Source: a bacterium (GTDB lineage Bacteria; Patescibacteriota; Minisyncoccia; Moranbacterales; UBA2206). From it: DNA of 55,417 nucleotides. Below are positions 54,407-55,417 of the stretch, piece by piece. The notes beneath the pieces are model-generated. The model was given only the letters and a program-made list of their open reading frames with translations. It had not been told where the DNA came from and ran no database searches. The position numbers and the translations under genes are program-made. The DNA is taken from the NCBI GenBank assembly GCA_021788105.1, contig JAJYKZ010000003.1:1-55417 (forward strand), read 5' to 3'. How positions within the stretch are numbered: position 1 is the stretch's first letter; every line of letters starts with the position of its first letter.

Positions 54407-54428
54407 AAAAAAAGTTTTTTCCGCATTT

Positions 54429-54538
54429 TCCCTCTCCTTGATTAAGGAGAGGGATTAAGGGAGAGGTTAAAAAAGAAAGTAATTCTCAACCTCTTCCCTG
54501 ACCCTTTTCCTTGTCTAAGGAGAAGGGGAAAGTAGGAA
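54429..54538 (+). repeat. Intergenic sister copy of the rsmA REP-like element
   Basis: Perfect hairpin tccctctcctt-gatt-aaggagaggga, internal stem, second hairpin, shared 3' tail ggaaagtaggaa. Confidence 0.8.
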
Positions 54539-54778
54539 ACTATGAGCGTGCTCGTGTGCTTTTTTGGTTTAATGACGATATTTTAAATTAATGTGAATAA
54601 GTTAGCATTTAATCTTTATATTGTCAACAAATTTGATAAAAATATTTATATTTTCTCTAAAACAGGCCTAAACATGACATAACACATTGCAAAAATATTG
54701 ATATTTAATCAGAATTATATAAAATAAAGCGTTCCATCATTGATGGAGGGATCTTTGAAAATAATAGGAGAAAATAAA

Positions 54779-55243
54779 ATGACCTGTCCAAAATGTGGTA
54801 GTCAAGGAGAAAACGAGAATTATTGCGGCAATTGCGGAAACAAGCTCAAAGAAAAGTGTTCCGAGTGCGGGCAGATGGAGGCGATCGGGAGGCCGGTTTG
54901 CGAAACCAAAGTTGCAAATTCAAAATTTAAGGCTGATGAATATAGTACTTCTAGATTTTTCGAATCGCTTTTTTCAATTTTTCTTTTTACTTTGTTTTTG
55001 GCCTTAGCGTTTTCAATATCCGCAGTTCGTTTTTCTCAGGATAAAGGATTGATGGTTGCTGCAGCAGGAGTTTGGGGATTGGCATCGCTCGAGATGTTCA
55101 TGTTCATTCCAATTACGTATAGGATGGATAAGAGAAAGAAAAACTTTTTTCTTCTCCATCCCGACTATGCGGAAATGATCCGCCAAGCTGAGAAGTTCGA
55201 GAAAAAAATCAACCAGCCGATCGCGGCAAAGGAGGAAAAATAA
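54779..55243 (+). CDS. Double zinc-ribbon protein with two TM helices
   Basis: CPKCG..CGNCG..CSECG..C; aggag RBS ahead of ATG 54779. Confidence 0.8.
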   Translation: MTCPKCGSQGENENYCGNCGNKLKEKCSECGQMEAIGRPVCETKVANSKFKADEYSTSRFFESLFSIFLFTLFLALAFSISAVRFSQDKGLMVAAAGVWGLASLEMFMFIPITYRMDKRKKNFFLLHPDYAEMIRQAEKFEKKINQPIAAKEEK

Positions 55244-55252
55244 CAAACCAAG

Positions 55253-55282
55253 CCCCGAGCGCAATGACGCTCGGGGTTTTTT
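55253..55282 (+). terminator. Intrinsic terminator
   Basis: ccccgagcg-caatga-cgctcgggg followed by Ts. Confidence 0.85.
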
Positions 55283-55417
55283 AATTCATGTATTCCTTTA
55301 TTTTTAAAATTATCCCTTCTAAATTATGGTTAATTTCATTGTTCCAGAATCTAATCACTTTAATTCCTAAATAATTAAAATATTCTGATCTTAATTTGTC
55401 ATATTTCTTTTGTTCTT

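Noticed and set aside
1-55417. Alternative genetic code 25 (TGA = Gly)
   Set aside because: Conserved genes are full length under code 11 and several ORFs end at TGA with sensible boundaries.

Overview
A chromosomal segment from a small-genome bacterium. The gene set points to Patescibacteria/CPR, probably Parcubacteria such as Moranbacteria; this is an inference. TGA is used as a stop, so the code is 11. The window spans the probable replication origin (wzx-jag-yidC-rnpA-rpmH | dnaA-oriC-dnaN). Left of the origin: NYN, plsC, pnp, yraN, a DksA/TraR protein, lspA, comM, a G5/RlpA protein, rsmA and a UbiA-like gene. Then comes an ~17 kb T4SS-like locus (VirB6, PrgI, VirB4, a large surface protein, a pilin-lytic transglycosylase fusion, a beta-propeller) interrupted by two tandem MNT-HEPN pairs and a lipoprotein cassette, followed by a glycan cluster with two O-antigen-ligase-like genes. 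Right of the origin: a CsoR-family regulator with trxA, trxB and gdhA; a repeat-flanked fibre cassette; dciA; a class A PBP; a 7TM/ATP-grasp/protease/GNAT operon; ruvC; yebC; and a TrmB regulator. The strongest unexplained signals are three. (1) An ~575 nt non-coding, multi-helix transcript unit at 5477-6055 with its own near-consensus promoter and terminator. (2) A 1.5 kb fibre/adhesin cassette bounded by two 34 bp palindromic direct repeats (44208-44241, 45706-45739), with a G10 tract in its promoter spacer. (3) Palindromic or heptamer repeat elements inserted in frame into rsmA and lspA. No tRNA, rRNA, CRISPR array, integrase, transposase or relaxase was seen. All family assignments come from motif recognition by eye; no database search was run.
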